Shown here: piece by piece, positions 9,992 through 19,674 of the stretch
How the letters are laid out: each line of letters starts with the position of its first letter
Numbering within the stretch: the stretch's first letter is position 1
Source of the DNA: Candidatus Dojkabacteria bacterium
GTDB taxonomy: Bacteria > Patescibacteriota > Dojkabacteria > J137
DNA: 34,006 nt
Direction: 5' to 3'
Assembly (NCBI GenBank): GCA_025999215.1
Contig: AP024679.1
Span: 1 to 34,006, forward strand
Notes under the pieces: model-generated
Database searches by the model: none
The model's input: only the letters and a program-made list of their open reading frames with translations
Told to the model about the DNA's origin: nothing
Translations under genes and position numbers: made by a program

Positions 9992-10738
9992 GTGATGTAT
10001 AATGAAGATATGAAATATGGACTTAGACTAGACCCAAATCCTGGAAGAAAATTAGAACAAGAGTATAAAGGGAAAGTTTATGTTAGGTATCCTATAGAGA
10101 CTCCAGAACTTAAGATTGGTGATGACTTTGATACTTTTTTGAAAAAATATGCCAAGCCCTATGTTAAGCCAGAGGATATTTTAGGGATCGCCTCTAAAGT
10201 AGTTAGTATTGGAAATAAATTAATAATTCACGAATCAGAGGTAAAAATTTCATGGTTAGCAAGGCTAATTGTAAAATTTGTAACAAAATGGCCAGATGAT
10301 ATAGGTTATTCTCATCCCAGAAAAATGCAAGTTGCAATTAACATGGCAGGATACCCAAGAACAATTTTAGCAATATTAATTGGTTCAATTTTAAAACTAT
10401 TTGGAAAAAGAGGTTACTTTTATATAATAATGGGAAATAAAATAAACGCTATTGATGGATTTAATCCAGTATCGAAACCTCCGATGAATCAGTATGCTGT
10501 ATTACCTCCAAAGAATGGAGATGAACTAGCTACACAGTATGAAAAAATGCTAAATTGTAAGGTAGTTATTTTAGATGGCAATAATGTAGATAATAATGTT
10601 CTTGGCATGGGCGAAAAAGCAAGAGCAGATTTTAATGAAAAAGACATCATGATCATTGCTCAGGGCAATCCTCAAGGACAAGAATACGATGGCAGAGTAA
10701 CTCCTTTTTTAATTATCAGAGAAAAACAAAATGATTAA
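9992..10738 (+). CDS. CofE-like (F420-0:gamma-glutamyl ligase family) protein; start ambiguous (GTG 9992, ATG 9995 or ATG 10010)
   Basis: [23 protein letters not shown] and [13 protein letters not shown]...[10 protein letters not shown] follow the CofE-family pattern. Motif-level recognition only. Confidence 0.5.
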   Translation: MMYNEDMKYGLRLDPNPGRKLEQEYKGKVYVRYPIETPELKIGDDFDTFLKKYAKPYVKPEDILGIASKVVSIGNKLIIHESEVKISWLARLIVKFVTKWPDDIGYSHPRKMQVAINMAGYPRTILAILIGSILKLFGKRGYFYIIMGNKINAIDGFNPVSKPPMNQYAVLPPKNGDELATQYEKMLNCKVVILDGNNVDNNVLGMGEKARADFNEKDIMIIAQGNPQGQEYDGRVTPFLIIREKQND

Positions 10739-11726
10739 GGATAGAATTTTGACAGGAGAAAGGCCAACAGGACCTCTTCACTTAGGACACTACGTTGGAA
10801 CTCTAAAGAGTAGACTTGAACTTCAAGATCGCATTGAAACATTCATACTTTCTGCTGATTTACAAGCAATTACAGATAATATTAAAAATCCAGAAAAAGT
10901 ACGCAACAATGTTTTTCAGGTTATCCAAGATAATATTGCAGTAGGTATTGATCCTCAAAAAGTTACTTTTTTTATTCAGTCTCAAATTCCAGAAATTGCA
11001 GAGCTAACTATGTATTTTATGAATTTAGTAACTCATAGTGAGGTAATTAAAAATCCTACAGTAAAAACAGAAATTAAAGAAAAAAAATTTGGAAGTTCTA
11101 CTCCATTTGGTTTTGTTGCATACCCTGTTAGCCAGGCTGCAGATATAATGATTGTTAGAGCCAATACTGTTCCAGTCGGTGATGATCAAAAACCAATGAT
11201 AGAATTAGCGAGAATTATAGCTAGACGTTTTAATAAAACATACATGAAAGAAGTTTTTCCTGAAGTAAAAGGAATTTATAGCGAAGTTGGGCGTTTAGTC
11301 GGTACAGATGGCAATTCCAAAATGAGTAAATCTCTTGGCAATACGATTTATTTAATTGATGATACTCAAACAGTTCACGAAAAAGTAATGAAAATGTATA
11401 CAGATCCAAACAGAATAAGAGCTACTGATCCTGGAAAGGTTGAAGGAAATCCTGTTTTCATTTATCACGATATTTTCAATCCTAACCAAGAAGAAGTGGA
11501 TGACTTAAAAAAGAGATACAAAGAAGGAAAAGTTGGTGATGTGGAAGTAAAAGAAAAACTTAGTCGAGCAATCAATAATTTCTTGGAACCAATCAGAGAA
11601 AGGAGATCCAAATATCCAATAGATATCGTAAAAGATATTGCATTTGAAGGTACAAAACGTACCAAAAAAGAGGCGCAAGAAACTATAGAAATAGTGAGAG
11701 ATGTCATGAAATTAAATTACAAATAA
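10731..11726 (+). CDS. trpS: Tryptophan--tRNA ligase
   Basis: Class I HIGH-type motif [16 protein letters not shown] present, and the AADIM block. 8-nt overlap with the upstream gene. Confidence 0.95.
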   Translation: MIKDRILTGERPTGPLHLGHYVGTLKSRLELQDRIETFILSADLQAITDNIKNPEKVRNNVFQVIQDNIAVGIDPQKVTFFIQSQIPEIAELTMYFMNLVTHSEVIKNPTVKTEIKEKKFGSSTPFGFVAYPVSQAADIMIVRANTVPVGDDQKPMIELARIIARRFNKTYMKEVFPEVKGIYSEVGRLVGTDGNSKMSKSLGNTIYLIDDTQTVHEKVMKMYTDPNRIRATDPGKVEGNPVFIYHDIFNPNQEEVDDLKKRYKEGKVGDVEVKEKLSRAINNFLEPIRERRSKYPIDIVKDIAFEGTKRTKKEAQETIEIVRDVMKLNYK

Positions 11727-11742
11727 TTTTTAAATTATAAAA

Positions 11743-12384
11743 ATGTTAAGGACAATACTATCTATAATTTTTTTCAGTTTAATTTCTTTTGGAATAGTTT
11801 ATGGATTGTACATGGATCAAATAGCATCAGTTCAAAAACCAGTTACCAAAATAACCCCAGAAAATTATTCACCTAGTATAAAACAACAAATAGAATATGG
11901 TGATATTGTTGAAATAACTGGCACACCTGATCTACTACATCAAGTTTCTCAGGAAGGTGAGATAGAATCAGAGGATGGATCAAAAACAGAAGGAATTCAA
12001 TATTATTATGTAGGTTTAAAAGAATACGGTTATGATTTTGTTGTGCGAATTAATCCTGGAAAACTTTTTTCTGAAACACAAACTTTCAAAGGCAAAGTAA
12101 CCGGTTTAACTCAAACAGATTTTGGAAATAGAATAAAGAACAGTCTCAACAAACCTATTAATTTTCAAGATAGCGTTAATAAAGAAGCAGCGAAAGAGCT
12201 TGATGTAGAATTTCAAGAAGAAATTGCTCAACAATCCGAAGCTAATTTTACTTCATCTACACTATTAATTTTAGATAACGAAATTGTAAACAAAAACGAT
12301 ATTTATGCCAAAGTGTTTTTTTGGGGCGTACTGTTAGATATTTTCCTAATTGCCGTTTTTCGAAAAGTAGTGTTTAATTTATAG
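11743..12384 (+). CDS. Hypothetical membrane protein (N- and C-terminal TM helices)
   Basis: Hydrophobic ILSIIFFSLISFGIVYGL at the N-terminus and VFFWGVLLDIFLIAVF at the C-terminus. No family recognised. Confidence 0.5.
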   Translation: MLRTILSIIFFSLISFGIVYGLYMDQIASVQKPVTKITPENYSPSIKQQIEYGDIVEITGTPDLLHQVSQEGEIESEDGSKTEGIQYYYVGLKEYGYDFVVRINPGKLFSETQTFKGKVTGLTQTDFGNRIKNSLNKPINFQDSVNKEAAKELDVEFQEEIAQQSEANFTSSTLLILDNEIVNKNDIYAKVFFWGVLLDIFLIAVFRKVVFNL

Positions 12385-13308
12385 TATCCCGACGTTTTTA
12401 AGTTTCAACCATTCTCCTAAAACGTATTGATCTTTGTACAAAATATATTCACTCGCAAGATCACGGCCAATCCATCGGTAGTGCCAAGGCTCATGAATGT
12501 ATCCAGTTTTATTTTGAGTTCCTGGAGGATAAGACATTATGAAACCAAATTTGTATGCGTTATCTCGAAGCCAATTCCAAATCGATTCATTACAGTTTGT
12601 AAAAGATGAGCAAGAAACAGCTCCTATATCTACAGTTGTACCCAATTGATGCTCACTAAAACCTGGACGAGCTGAATATTGTGATGCAATTGCTTCTGCT
12701 TGACTTCTAGTGTAACCCTTTGACATTTCTACCTTTACCCAATTCTCATAAACATAGTATTGCGTTTGATATGATCTGTATCCTGAATTCAACATCATAG
12801 AAAACCCAGCCTTTTGTGCTTCTCGAAACATATCGATTAAATCATTATAAGCTTTCATGCTAATTGACTGTCCTCCAGGTATTTCTTGAACATAAACAAT
12901 ATCTGATGGCTCCCAAGCTACATTTGGAAGACTATTATACCGATCTAGCGGATAAAAAGTACAATCTTCGCAAGATTCTCCAAAAATAAACCCCAAAATT
13001 CCAGATTTTAAACATAGGTTATCTACAAAATTTTCGTAGTTAGAAAATGTAAATTTTTCAAGTTTTTTATCAAAATAGACTCTAAGAGATGCATCTTTTT
13101 TACAAGCTCCCATTGAAAGATCTAAATTTGCAAAGCTTGAGTCTATGATTTTTTCTTTTTTTATATCTAGATTAGTAATGTTGATAGAAAATTCTCTCAA
13201 ATTCTTAGGGAGTTCTTTTTCTGGTTTATAATCTTTAAATTTTTGAATTAAAATTTCTCTATCATCATTATTTATTGCATCAAAAATAGTCCTTATTTCA
13301 TCTTGCAT
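12379..13308 (-). CDS. VanY-type D-alanyl-D-alanine carboxypeptidase (peptidase M15B); as called it lacks any export signal
   Basis: SGYRSYQTQ, FSEHQLGTTVDI and EPWHYRWIG are the M15B zinc/catalytic blocks. Confidence 0.85.
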   Translation of the reverse strand: MQDEIRTIFDAINNDDREILIQKFKDYKPEKELPKNLREFSINITNLDIKKEKIIDSSFANLDLSMGACKKDASLRVYFDKKLEKFTFSNYENFVDNLCLKSGILGFIFGESCEDCTFYPLDRYNSLPNVAWEPSDIVYVQEIPGGQSISMKAYNDLIDMFREAQKAGFSMMLNSGYRSYQTQYYVYENWVKVEMSKGYTRSQAEAIASQYSARPGFSEHQLGTTVDIGAVSCSSFTNCNESIWNWLRDNAYKFGFIMSYPPGTQNKTGYIHEPWHYRWIGRDLASEYILYKDQYVLGEWLKLKNVGIL

Positions 13309-13472
13309 GATATTCTTAAATTCTTCTTCAGTCTTTACTCCTTTTAGTAAGTACTTGAAATGCTTGAGGATAGCTAGTCACCAAATGTTTTGGTTGAGAA
13401 ATTAACTTTTTAGAATGTTTTTTGGATATGTACTCTAATCTCCGTTTGGATTACTTTTGGAGTACCCGACCA

Positions 13473-13727
13473 TTATGATTTGAACTCCTTCAGGCAGATA
13501 ATGTCTTTTTCAACTATGCTATCACTAAACATTACTATGTCTTTTTTGTGTGAAGTTTGCCGAGTTTGAAGATCTCGAAAGATATCAGTATCATCTGCAT
13601 AAATATACCAAGAAAAAAAATTTAAAAGTTGAGTATAGTTCAAACCTATGGTCAAAGATACAACAAAACCTATCCACAAAAAGGAAATAAACTGATTTAA
13701 AAATTCAAAATTTTTCAACCTTTTCAT
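13473..13727 (-). CDS. Small membrane ORF; possibly the detached signal anchor of the downstream VanY gene
   Basis: One TM helix FISFLWIGFVVSLTIGL. ATG lies 3 nt after the tig stop. The spacer down to VanY stays partly open in successive frames. Confidence 0.3.
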   Translation of the reverse strand: MKRLKNFEFLNQFISFLWIGFVVSLTIGLNYTQLLNFFSWYIYADDTDIFRDLQTRQTSHKKDIVMFSDSIVEKDIICLKEFKS

Positions 13728-13730
13728 AAT

Positions 13731-14885
13731 TTAGGATCCTTGTTTTTTTGAGGATTTACTTTGATTTGGTTTCTTAGTATTTTGCTCAACAATTTCTTTT
13801 AGTTTCTTAATTCCTCTTTGTTTGGTCAATACACTCCTAATATAATTTTTAGCTTCCTCATTTTGGTAATTTTTTCTAACTTGTTCATCTTCGATTTTTT
13901 CTATTTCGGAGTCAACATCTTCATCGCTTGGCAACAACTTGTGTTCTGAAGCTATTTTGATTAAAACTAAGTCTGATGCTATCTTTCTCTCAGCTTCCTT
14001 TTGCCATAATTTTCGCCTTTCTTCCAAGTTAGTGCCTTGAGACTTTAAATAATCTTCCGCGTCAAGATTTAATTGTTTTAAACGCTCTGTAAAATCTCTT
14101 TCCATATTCTCAGATTCTTTTTCAAGTAAAACCTTAGGAATATTAAACTTTGATAACTCTATTGCTTTTTCAACAATTTGTCCTATGTAATCATTTTCTA
14201 TCTGCTCCTGTTGAAGTTCTTCTAATTTTTGACGAACAGCTTTTTTTAGAGATTCAAGAGTTTTGTGTTCTTCATAGCCAAGTTCACTCACTAATTCATC
14301 ACTTAGCTCTAAATCATATTCTTTTTCTGTATCATCAGATTTCTTAGACTTCTTTGATTTTTTTTCAGAGGATTTAATTTTATTTGATGTTTTTTTAGGT
14401 TTTTGAAATTTTTTGAGTTTCTCTGGTGTCAGAGTTGTTTGAGCAATATTTTTAATTACACCTTCAACATCCTCGTCTGTCACGTCTACTTTCTTTTTTT
14501 CAACTTTAATTTTAGTGAAATCACCAAGCTCTATTTCTGGGTAATTGGTAAATTTGAAAGTGTAAACCACGCCTTTAGTTTTATCTATTTCCTTTATGTC
14601 ATATTCAGGTGTTGTGATTGGGTTCTTTTTTTCCGAAACTATAATCTCGTATGTAACCTTAGGAACAAGATTGTTTAATGTCTCTGTTAATAGCTTTACT
14701 CCTAGTTTTTCTTCAATCACATTTCGTGGACCTTTTCCCGGCCTAAACCCGGGCAAGGTAACCTCTTCCGCAAGAGTTTCAAAAACTCTGTCTTTTTCTC
14801 TTTCAAATAGATCCCAGTCAATAGTGACTGAATATTCAACAAAATCAGGTGAATCTGAAACTTTTTTGTAACTAAAACCTTTCAT
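13731..14885 (-). CDS. tig: Trigger factor lacking the PPIase domain (start moved to ATG at 14885)
   Basis: Ribosome-binding signature PGFRPGKGPRNVIEEKLG. C-terminal arm domain present. A Lys-rich linker of about 35 aa sits where the FKBP domain should be. Confidence 0.85.
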   Translation of the reverse strand: MKGFSYKKVSDSPDFVEYSVTIDWDLFEREKDRVFETLAEEVTLPGFRPGKGPRNVIEEKLGVKLLTETLNNLVPKVTYEIIVSEKKNPITTPEYDIKEIDKTKGVVYTFKFTNYPEIELGDFTKIKVEKKKVDVTDEDVEGVIKNIAQTTLTPEKLKKFQKPKKTSNKIKSSEKKSKKSKKSDDTEKEYDLELSDELVSELGYEEHKTLESLKKAVRQKLEELQQEQIENDYIGQIVEKAIELSKFNIPKVLLEKESENMERDFTERLKQLNLDAEDYLKSQGTNLEERRKLWQKEAERKIASDLVLIKIASEHKLLPSDEDVDSEIEKIEDEQVRKNYQNEEAKNYIRSVLTKQRGIKKLKEIVEQNTKKPNQSKSSKKQGS

Positions 14886-14989
14886 AATAATAATTTTAAA
14901 AATAATCATCATAATCATCGTCATCGTCGCTATCATCGTCCCCCCAGTCTAGTGGCCATTCTTCGTCCTCTGGAGGCTCATAGTCAGGG

Positions 14990-15259
14990 TCAAAATTTGT
15001 TGCGGGATCTATCTTTATTTAAATCAATCATATCCTCAACAGGTGGCTCATCTTCCTCCCCGTAATCCTCTGCAACTATCTCGCCAATACTATATCCCTC
15101 TCCAACTTCGCTATCTGCATCAATATCTTCTAGTAAAGGATCATTTTGATTCGTATCATCTTCTGTATAGTCTATATCATCAGTTTGATGAGCATCATTG
15201 GTAACGTCGCTATCATCATTTAAATTGTCATTATCGTCATCTTTATTGTTTTTTTTCAT
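14990..15259 (-). CDS. Highly acidic (D/E-rich) protein of unknown function; probably continues to 14896 after a 1-nt frameshift
   Basis: 89-aa ORF with more than 40% D/E. The next frame continues with DPDYEPPEDEEWPLDWGDDDSDDDDDYDDYF and stops at 14896. Confidence 0.5.
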   Translation of the reverse strand: MKKNNKDDDNDNLNDDSDVTNDAHQTDDIDYTEDDTNQNDPLLEDIDADSEVGEGYSIGEIVAEDYGEEDEPPVEDMIDLNKDRSRNKF

Positions 15260-15375
15260 TTTTGTTGAACTTTACGTATACGTTTGAAACTTTACTCTTT
15301 ATCTTTGTTCTTGTCAAGAACTTTTCAAAATTTTCTCTGAAACTTTTTCCCAACTATACTTACTTAATAAAGCTT

Positions 15376-16386
15376 TTATCGTTTGTTATTTTGTTTACCG
15401 GAAACAGCCTTTACTAAGGCTGCTTTAATTTCATCCTCACTGTTTGGATCAACGAACATAGCATTGTTTTCTACCACTTCGTGAAAAATCTCAATGTCTG
15501 AAACCACCAACGGCAAGTCGAAATAATACGCTTCAATCAAAGGTAACCCAAATCCCTCCCATAAGCTCGTACTTAAATACACTTGAAGCGTTTTTGTATA
15601 CAGCGTTTTTAAGTCATCTTCGGTTACAAAGCCTGTGATGATTACGCTTTCACCTAATTTTCTGTTGCTTATCAACTCAAAAATACGATCGTACTTCCAT
15701 CCTTTCTGCCCTACTATCACAAATTTATAATCAGGGTAATCTTTTTTAAACTTATCAAAAGCCAAAATTGATTTTTCATAATTTTTTCGTGGTTGTAGCG
15801 TTCCAACTGACAAGATATACTTTCTTATGTCTTAAATTTAATCTATCTAGAATATCCGTATTAATTGAGTCATTCGGATAAAAAGTGAGAATTTAATCCT
15901 ATACCTATTGTAAATATTTTACTTTTTACTTCGTCTTGCAAATCGCTCTAAATCTTTTGATGTTGTTTGCGATACGGTTGCTAGTGCTAAAGCTCTGTAT
16001 GTTGCTAATTTCAAGTAAATTCTAAATTTAAAAGATGAAATGTATCCATAATGGCTAGGATATCTGATTGGCGCTAAGTCATGAACAATTTGGATTGTTT
16101 TGTTAGATAAAATTGCATATATAAAATTTGATGGAGAGACAATAGCATCAACTTTTAGCTTTTTTATATAGAAAAAAACTTTTAAATGCCACAATAAATT
16201 TACTTTCCCTTCGATTTTAAATACCTTTATATTCTCATTCTGAATTAATAAATCATTATTTGTAAATGCATAAATATCGGCCTTGGTTGATAAATTATAT
16301 AAAAGTTCTCTAGCATAATAGCCGATTCCTGCATTTTTATCTGTGATCATTGACGCATCAAAAGCAATCGTATATTTTTTGTTCAT
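15376..16386 (-). pseudogene. Glycosyltransferase family 1 (GT4-type), broken into two ORFs plus fragments by about 3 frameshifts
   Basis: N-terminal ORF IAFDASMITDKNAGIGYYARELL. C-terminal ORF GTLQPRKN...FVIVGQKGW...SLWEGFGLPLIEA. The 105-nt gap translates as KIFTIGIGLNSHF / PNDSINTDILDRLNLRHKK / YILSVGT in three different frames. Confidence 0.75.
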
Positions 16387-16426
16387 GTTATTTTAATAAC
16401 TTAATGTTGATGTGTTATTCTTAAAT

Positions 16427-17513
16427 ATGATAACCCAAATAACTCTCAAAAACTATAGAAACATTACAGATTTTGATTCTACTTTAAAAAAAATTAATTT
16501 AATTGTAGCGCCTAATGGAGCTGGTAAAACAAATTTGCTTGAAAGTATTTTCTTTTTGTTTAATGGCACATCTTTTAAATCAATGCGTTCAATGCTTGAT
16601 GCTGTTGGCCCAAATGAAGATTTTTCTACTGTAAAAATTATACTTCAAAAAAATATATGTGAAATGGTAATAATTAAATCCCCAAACCTTAAAAAACAAT
16701 ATAAAAAGAATAATAAAAAGACTAATTTAAAACAAATATACAAAATTTTAAAACCTGTTATTTTTTCACCTAATTCAGTTGATCTTGTTGATGGCGCTCC
16801 AGAAGTTAGAAGAAAAGATTTAGACCTTTTTATTGCTAGTTTTGACTACCAATACAGTGATGCGCTTACACGCTATGAAAAAGTTTTAAAAAATAAAAAT
16901 GCAATTCTAAAAAACATAAGAGATGGTAATTCGACTATAGAACAACTAGAATTTTGGAATAATGAACTATGCCAAAACCGCAGAAATTTTAGTTTCAAAA
17001 AGAATAAGCATAATTGAAAAAATAAATAATCAATTATTAAATTCATCAAAATATTTTTCACCTGATTCTAAAATTTCTATTGATTATCAACATTTTAGGC
17101 CAATTGATTTAAATTCTTATGCTCAAAACTTGTTACAGCTATTTTTAAAAAATACGCAAAAAGAAATAATTGTCGGCAAAACTCTATATGGACCACACAA
17201 AGATACCATAGATATCTATAAAAATGATAAAGCGCTTAGATTTTTTGGCTCAAGAGGTGAACAAAGAATTGGCGCATTTTGTTTGAAACTGGCACAATTA
17301 GAACTTTTACAAAATGAAAATTTAAATGTAGTATTTCTACTTGATGATATTTTTTCTGAATTAGATGAGAGTCATAGAAAAATTGTTAGCGAGATTATAT
17401 TATCAAGAAGTGAACGTATACAAACATTCATAACCACATCAACTATAGACGAGATTCCAGAAAAACTGCTGAAAACCTCCTATTTGATATCTATCAAAGA
17501 TAGTAATTCATGA
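16427..17513 (+). pseudogene. recF: DNA replication/repair protein RecF, interrupted by one frameshift near 16965-16975
   Basis: N-terminal part ITLKNYRN...APNGAGKTNLLESI (Walker A). C-terminal part GPHKDTIDI...GSRGEQRIGAFCLKLAQ...LLDDIFSELD (signature and Walker B). The two overlapping ORFs are in different frames. Confidence 0.8.
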
Positions 17514-17851
17514 ACATCTTTTATTTTTTCAAGAACAATATAAACATCCAATACTTCATCTAAATCTATAGCTTCCATTTCCTCAAACTTCTTGATCTCT
17601 TGTTCGTCAACTAACTCTTGTTTTATATTTGTTCTTTTTGCAGATAAATTACCATCCATATCTTTATGAATTTGAAGTATATAAATATTTCTACAATTAT
17701 TGCAACTTAGCTTGCATACCAATCTGTTATCTGTTTGTTCAATTAGGTCTAAATCTGTATGCGAATATTTCTTCCCGCATTTATCACAGTACTTCGGTAC
17801 TATGTTAGAAATTTGAGATAGTATATTTTGGTTTTTAATTTTATTTTCCAT
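17480..17851 (-). CDS. Hypothetical zinc-ribbon protein
   Basis: CDKCGKKY...CKLSCNNCRN gives two CxxC pairs. Acidic C-terminal half. 34-nt convergent overlap with the recF 3' end. Confidence 0.45.
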   Translation of the reverse strand: MENKIKNQNILSQISNIVPKYCDKCGKKYSHTDLDLIEQTDNRLVCKLSCNNCRNIYILQIHKDMDGNLSAKRTNIKQELVDEQEIKKFEEMEAIDLDEVLDVYIVLEKIKDVHELLSLIDIK

Positions 17852-17926
17852 ATTATCACTCTAAGTATATCACTGCTAATTAAAAAATTCAAATCTTAAT
17901 TCTTAGTTTTCTTAACATAACTTTAA

Positions 17927-18274
17927 CTAAATATTTTCTAATTGTAAATATAAAATTCTATCTTTTGTAACAGAAATAAAAAAATATTTTAAAAAAAATT
18001 TTTGTTCATCAATACCATTGTTTTGAATCCAAATCATTACTGAATCAAAAATTCTTTGCGTTTTTATTTCGGAAATCTTTTCGTAAGGATTTACAAATCT
18101 TTTTGAAAAGTTTGATTTTACTTCGATGAAAAAATAATGATCTAATTTTTTCATTATCAAATCAATTTCACCGTATGGAGTATTGTAATTTCTGTCAATA
18201 AAATCAAAGCCTAACCTGAAGAGATAGTTTAAAATTATAGTTTCTGCAAAATTTCCACGCTTAAATTGTGACAC
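17927..18274 (-). CDS. YraN-family (UPF0102) endonuclease-like protein
   Basis: GEIDLIMKK...YFFIEVKS matches the YraN/PD-(D/E)xK core. Size of 115 aa is typical. Confidence 0.75.
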   Translation of the reverse strand: MSQFKRGNFAETIILNYLFRLGFDFIDRNYNTPYGEIDLIMKKLDHYFFIEVKSNFSKRFVNPYEKISEIKTQRIFDSVMIWIQNNGIDEQKFFLKYFFISVTKDRILYLQLENI

Positions 18275-18301
18275 ACAAATGTATGTTGAGGGCTTGAAAA
18301 A

Positions 18302-18697
18302 TTAACGCTTTGTATACTGCTCTGCTTTTCGTGCTTTCTTGAGACCAGTCTTTTTTCTTTCAACCATTCTAGGATCTCGAGTTAAATATCCAGCATCTTT
18401 TAGTTGTTTTTTCTTATCTTGATCAAACTTAACAATACTCCTAGCTACTCCCAGAAGTACCGCTTCCAATTGCGAATTTATACCTCCACCTCTTACTCTT
18501 GCAGTAAAATGAAAATCTTTAAAATTCAAATCAGCTTTCCTAAAAAGTTTCTCAAAAACTTTGCTAGTTAAACTATCTACAAAATAATCATACAATTTTT
18601 TGTCATTAACTTTATTTTCTCCCTTCCCTTCATATAGCCTAACAGTAGCATGAGAAGTTTTTCTTCGTCCAATTGAATAAAAATATTTTTCTGCCAT
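18302..18697 (-). CDS. rpsI: 30S ribosomal protein S9
   Basis: GRRKTSHATVRL, GGGINSQLEA, LTRDPRMVERKKTGLKKARKAEQYTKR. Confidence 0.95.
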   Translation of the reverse strand: MAEKYFYSIGRRKTSHATVRLYEGKGENKVNDKKLYDYFVDSLTSKVFEKLFRKADLNFKDFHFTARVRGGGINSQLEAVLLGVARSIVKFDQDKKKQLKDAGYLTRDPRMVERKKTGLKKARKAEQYTKR

Positions 18698-18698
18698 A

Positions 18699-19136
18699 CT
18701 AAAATTTTAACTTTCTAACATCTACTAACTCAGGCTTTTGAGCTTCATGAGGATGTTCAGAGCCTGCGTATAAAAACAAATTTTCAGCCAAAATAGCTTG
18801 TGATCTTTTATTTTTAGGTAGCATACCTTTTATAGCTTTTCTTAATGGTTCTGTTGGTTTTCTTTTAATTAATACTTCCAAAGGTTCCACTTTCAAACCG
18901 CTTGGGTAACCAGAATACCTTCTATAAAACTTGGTAAAACCTCGCTTTGCAGTGTAATCAAACTTATCAGCATTGATTACTATAACTTTATTCTTTGGCA
19001 TCAGGTTAGACCTGACCAAAGGATCATTCTTGCCAAGCAACAACTGCGCCACCGCACTTGTCAATAATCCAGCCCTGACTCCAGCTGCATCAATTAAGTA
19101 CCACTTTTCTTGTATATTATTTTGACTAATTTTCAT
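18699..19136 (-). CDS. rplM: 50S ribosomal protein L13
   Basis: KWYLIDAAGVRAGLLTSAVAQLLLGKNDP and SGYPSGLK blocks. Directly upstream of rpsI, as in most bacteria. Confidence 0.95.
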   Translation of the reverse strand: MKISQNNIQEKWYLIDAAGVRAGLLTSAVAQLLLGKNDPLVRSNLMPKNKVIVINADKFDYTAKRGFTKFYRRYSGYPSGLKVEPLEVLIKRKPTEPLRKAIKGMLPKNKRSQAILAENLFLYAGSEHPHEAQKPELVDVRKLKF

Positions 19137-19137
19137 A

Positions 19138-19674
19138 TTATGATGTAGCTACTCTTCTAACTCCTTTAGAAGAATCTTTAACATTTAAATTTTTGGTTGA
19201 CTTTACTTTTGTATCTTTATTATCTTTCTTAGAAACTTTCTCTGACTTTTTCTCATTTTTCTTACTTTGTTTCTCAAGTACCTTTGATATTTTTGATTTT
19301 TTCTCTTGTACTTCTGTATTAACTAACATAACATAAACTTGATCAGCATTGTCTCCTGCTCGAGGCAGTGTTTTTATCACTCTAGTATAACCTGAATTTC
19401 TATCACTTAGCTTTTCTTTAACTACATCAAAGAAACGTACAACAGACCTTTCATTGTTACCAAAAAAAGCTCTTACTCTTCTTTCGCTTGCTAAAGTGTT
19501 TTTCTTACCTTCCGTAACCAACCTATCAAAAACCCTCTTAAGTGCTTTAGCCTTTGAAGGTGTTGTCTTAATTCTGCCAGCTCTTACCAACTCTATAACT
19601 TGTGATCTTATCAATGCCTCTCTATGAGACTTCTTTTTACCAGCTAATTTTATTTTTTTTCTATTCGTATTCAT
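19138..19674 (-). CDS. rplQ: 50S ribosomal protein L17 with a Lys-rich C-terminal extension of about 55 aa
   Basis: KSHREALIRSQVIELVRAGRIKTT and GYTRVIKTLPRAGDNA. Follows rpoA. Confidence 0.9.
   Translation of the reverse strand: MNTNRKKIKLAGKKKSHREALIRSQVIELVRAGRIKTTPSKAKALKRVFDRLVTEGKKNTLASERRVRAFFGNNERSVVRFFDVVKEKLSDRNSGYTRVIKTLPRAGDNADQVYVMLVNTEVQEKKSKISKVLEKQSKKNEKKSEKVSKKDNKDTKVKSTKNLNVKDSSKGVRRVATS

Noticed and set aside
14150-14871. Three plus-strand ORFs inside tig
   Set aside because: Antisense shadows of the Lys/Glu-rich tig coding strand. Their products are Phe/Leu-rich.
14886-14936. 17-codon N-terminal extension of the tig ORF (MIATMTMIMMIIFKIII)
   Set aside because: It is the out-of-frame reading of the D-rich tail of the upstream acidic gene. 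The conserved trigger-factor sequence starts at the ATG at 14885.
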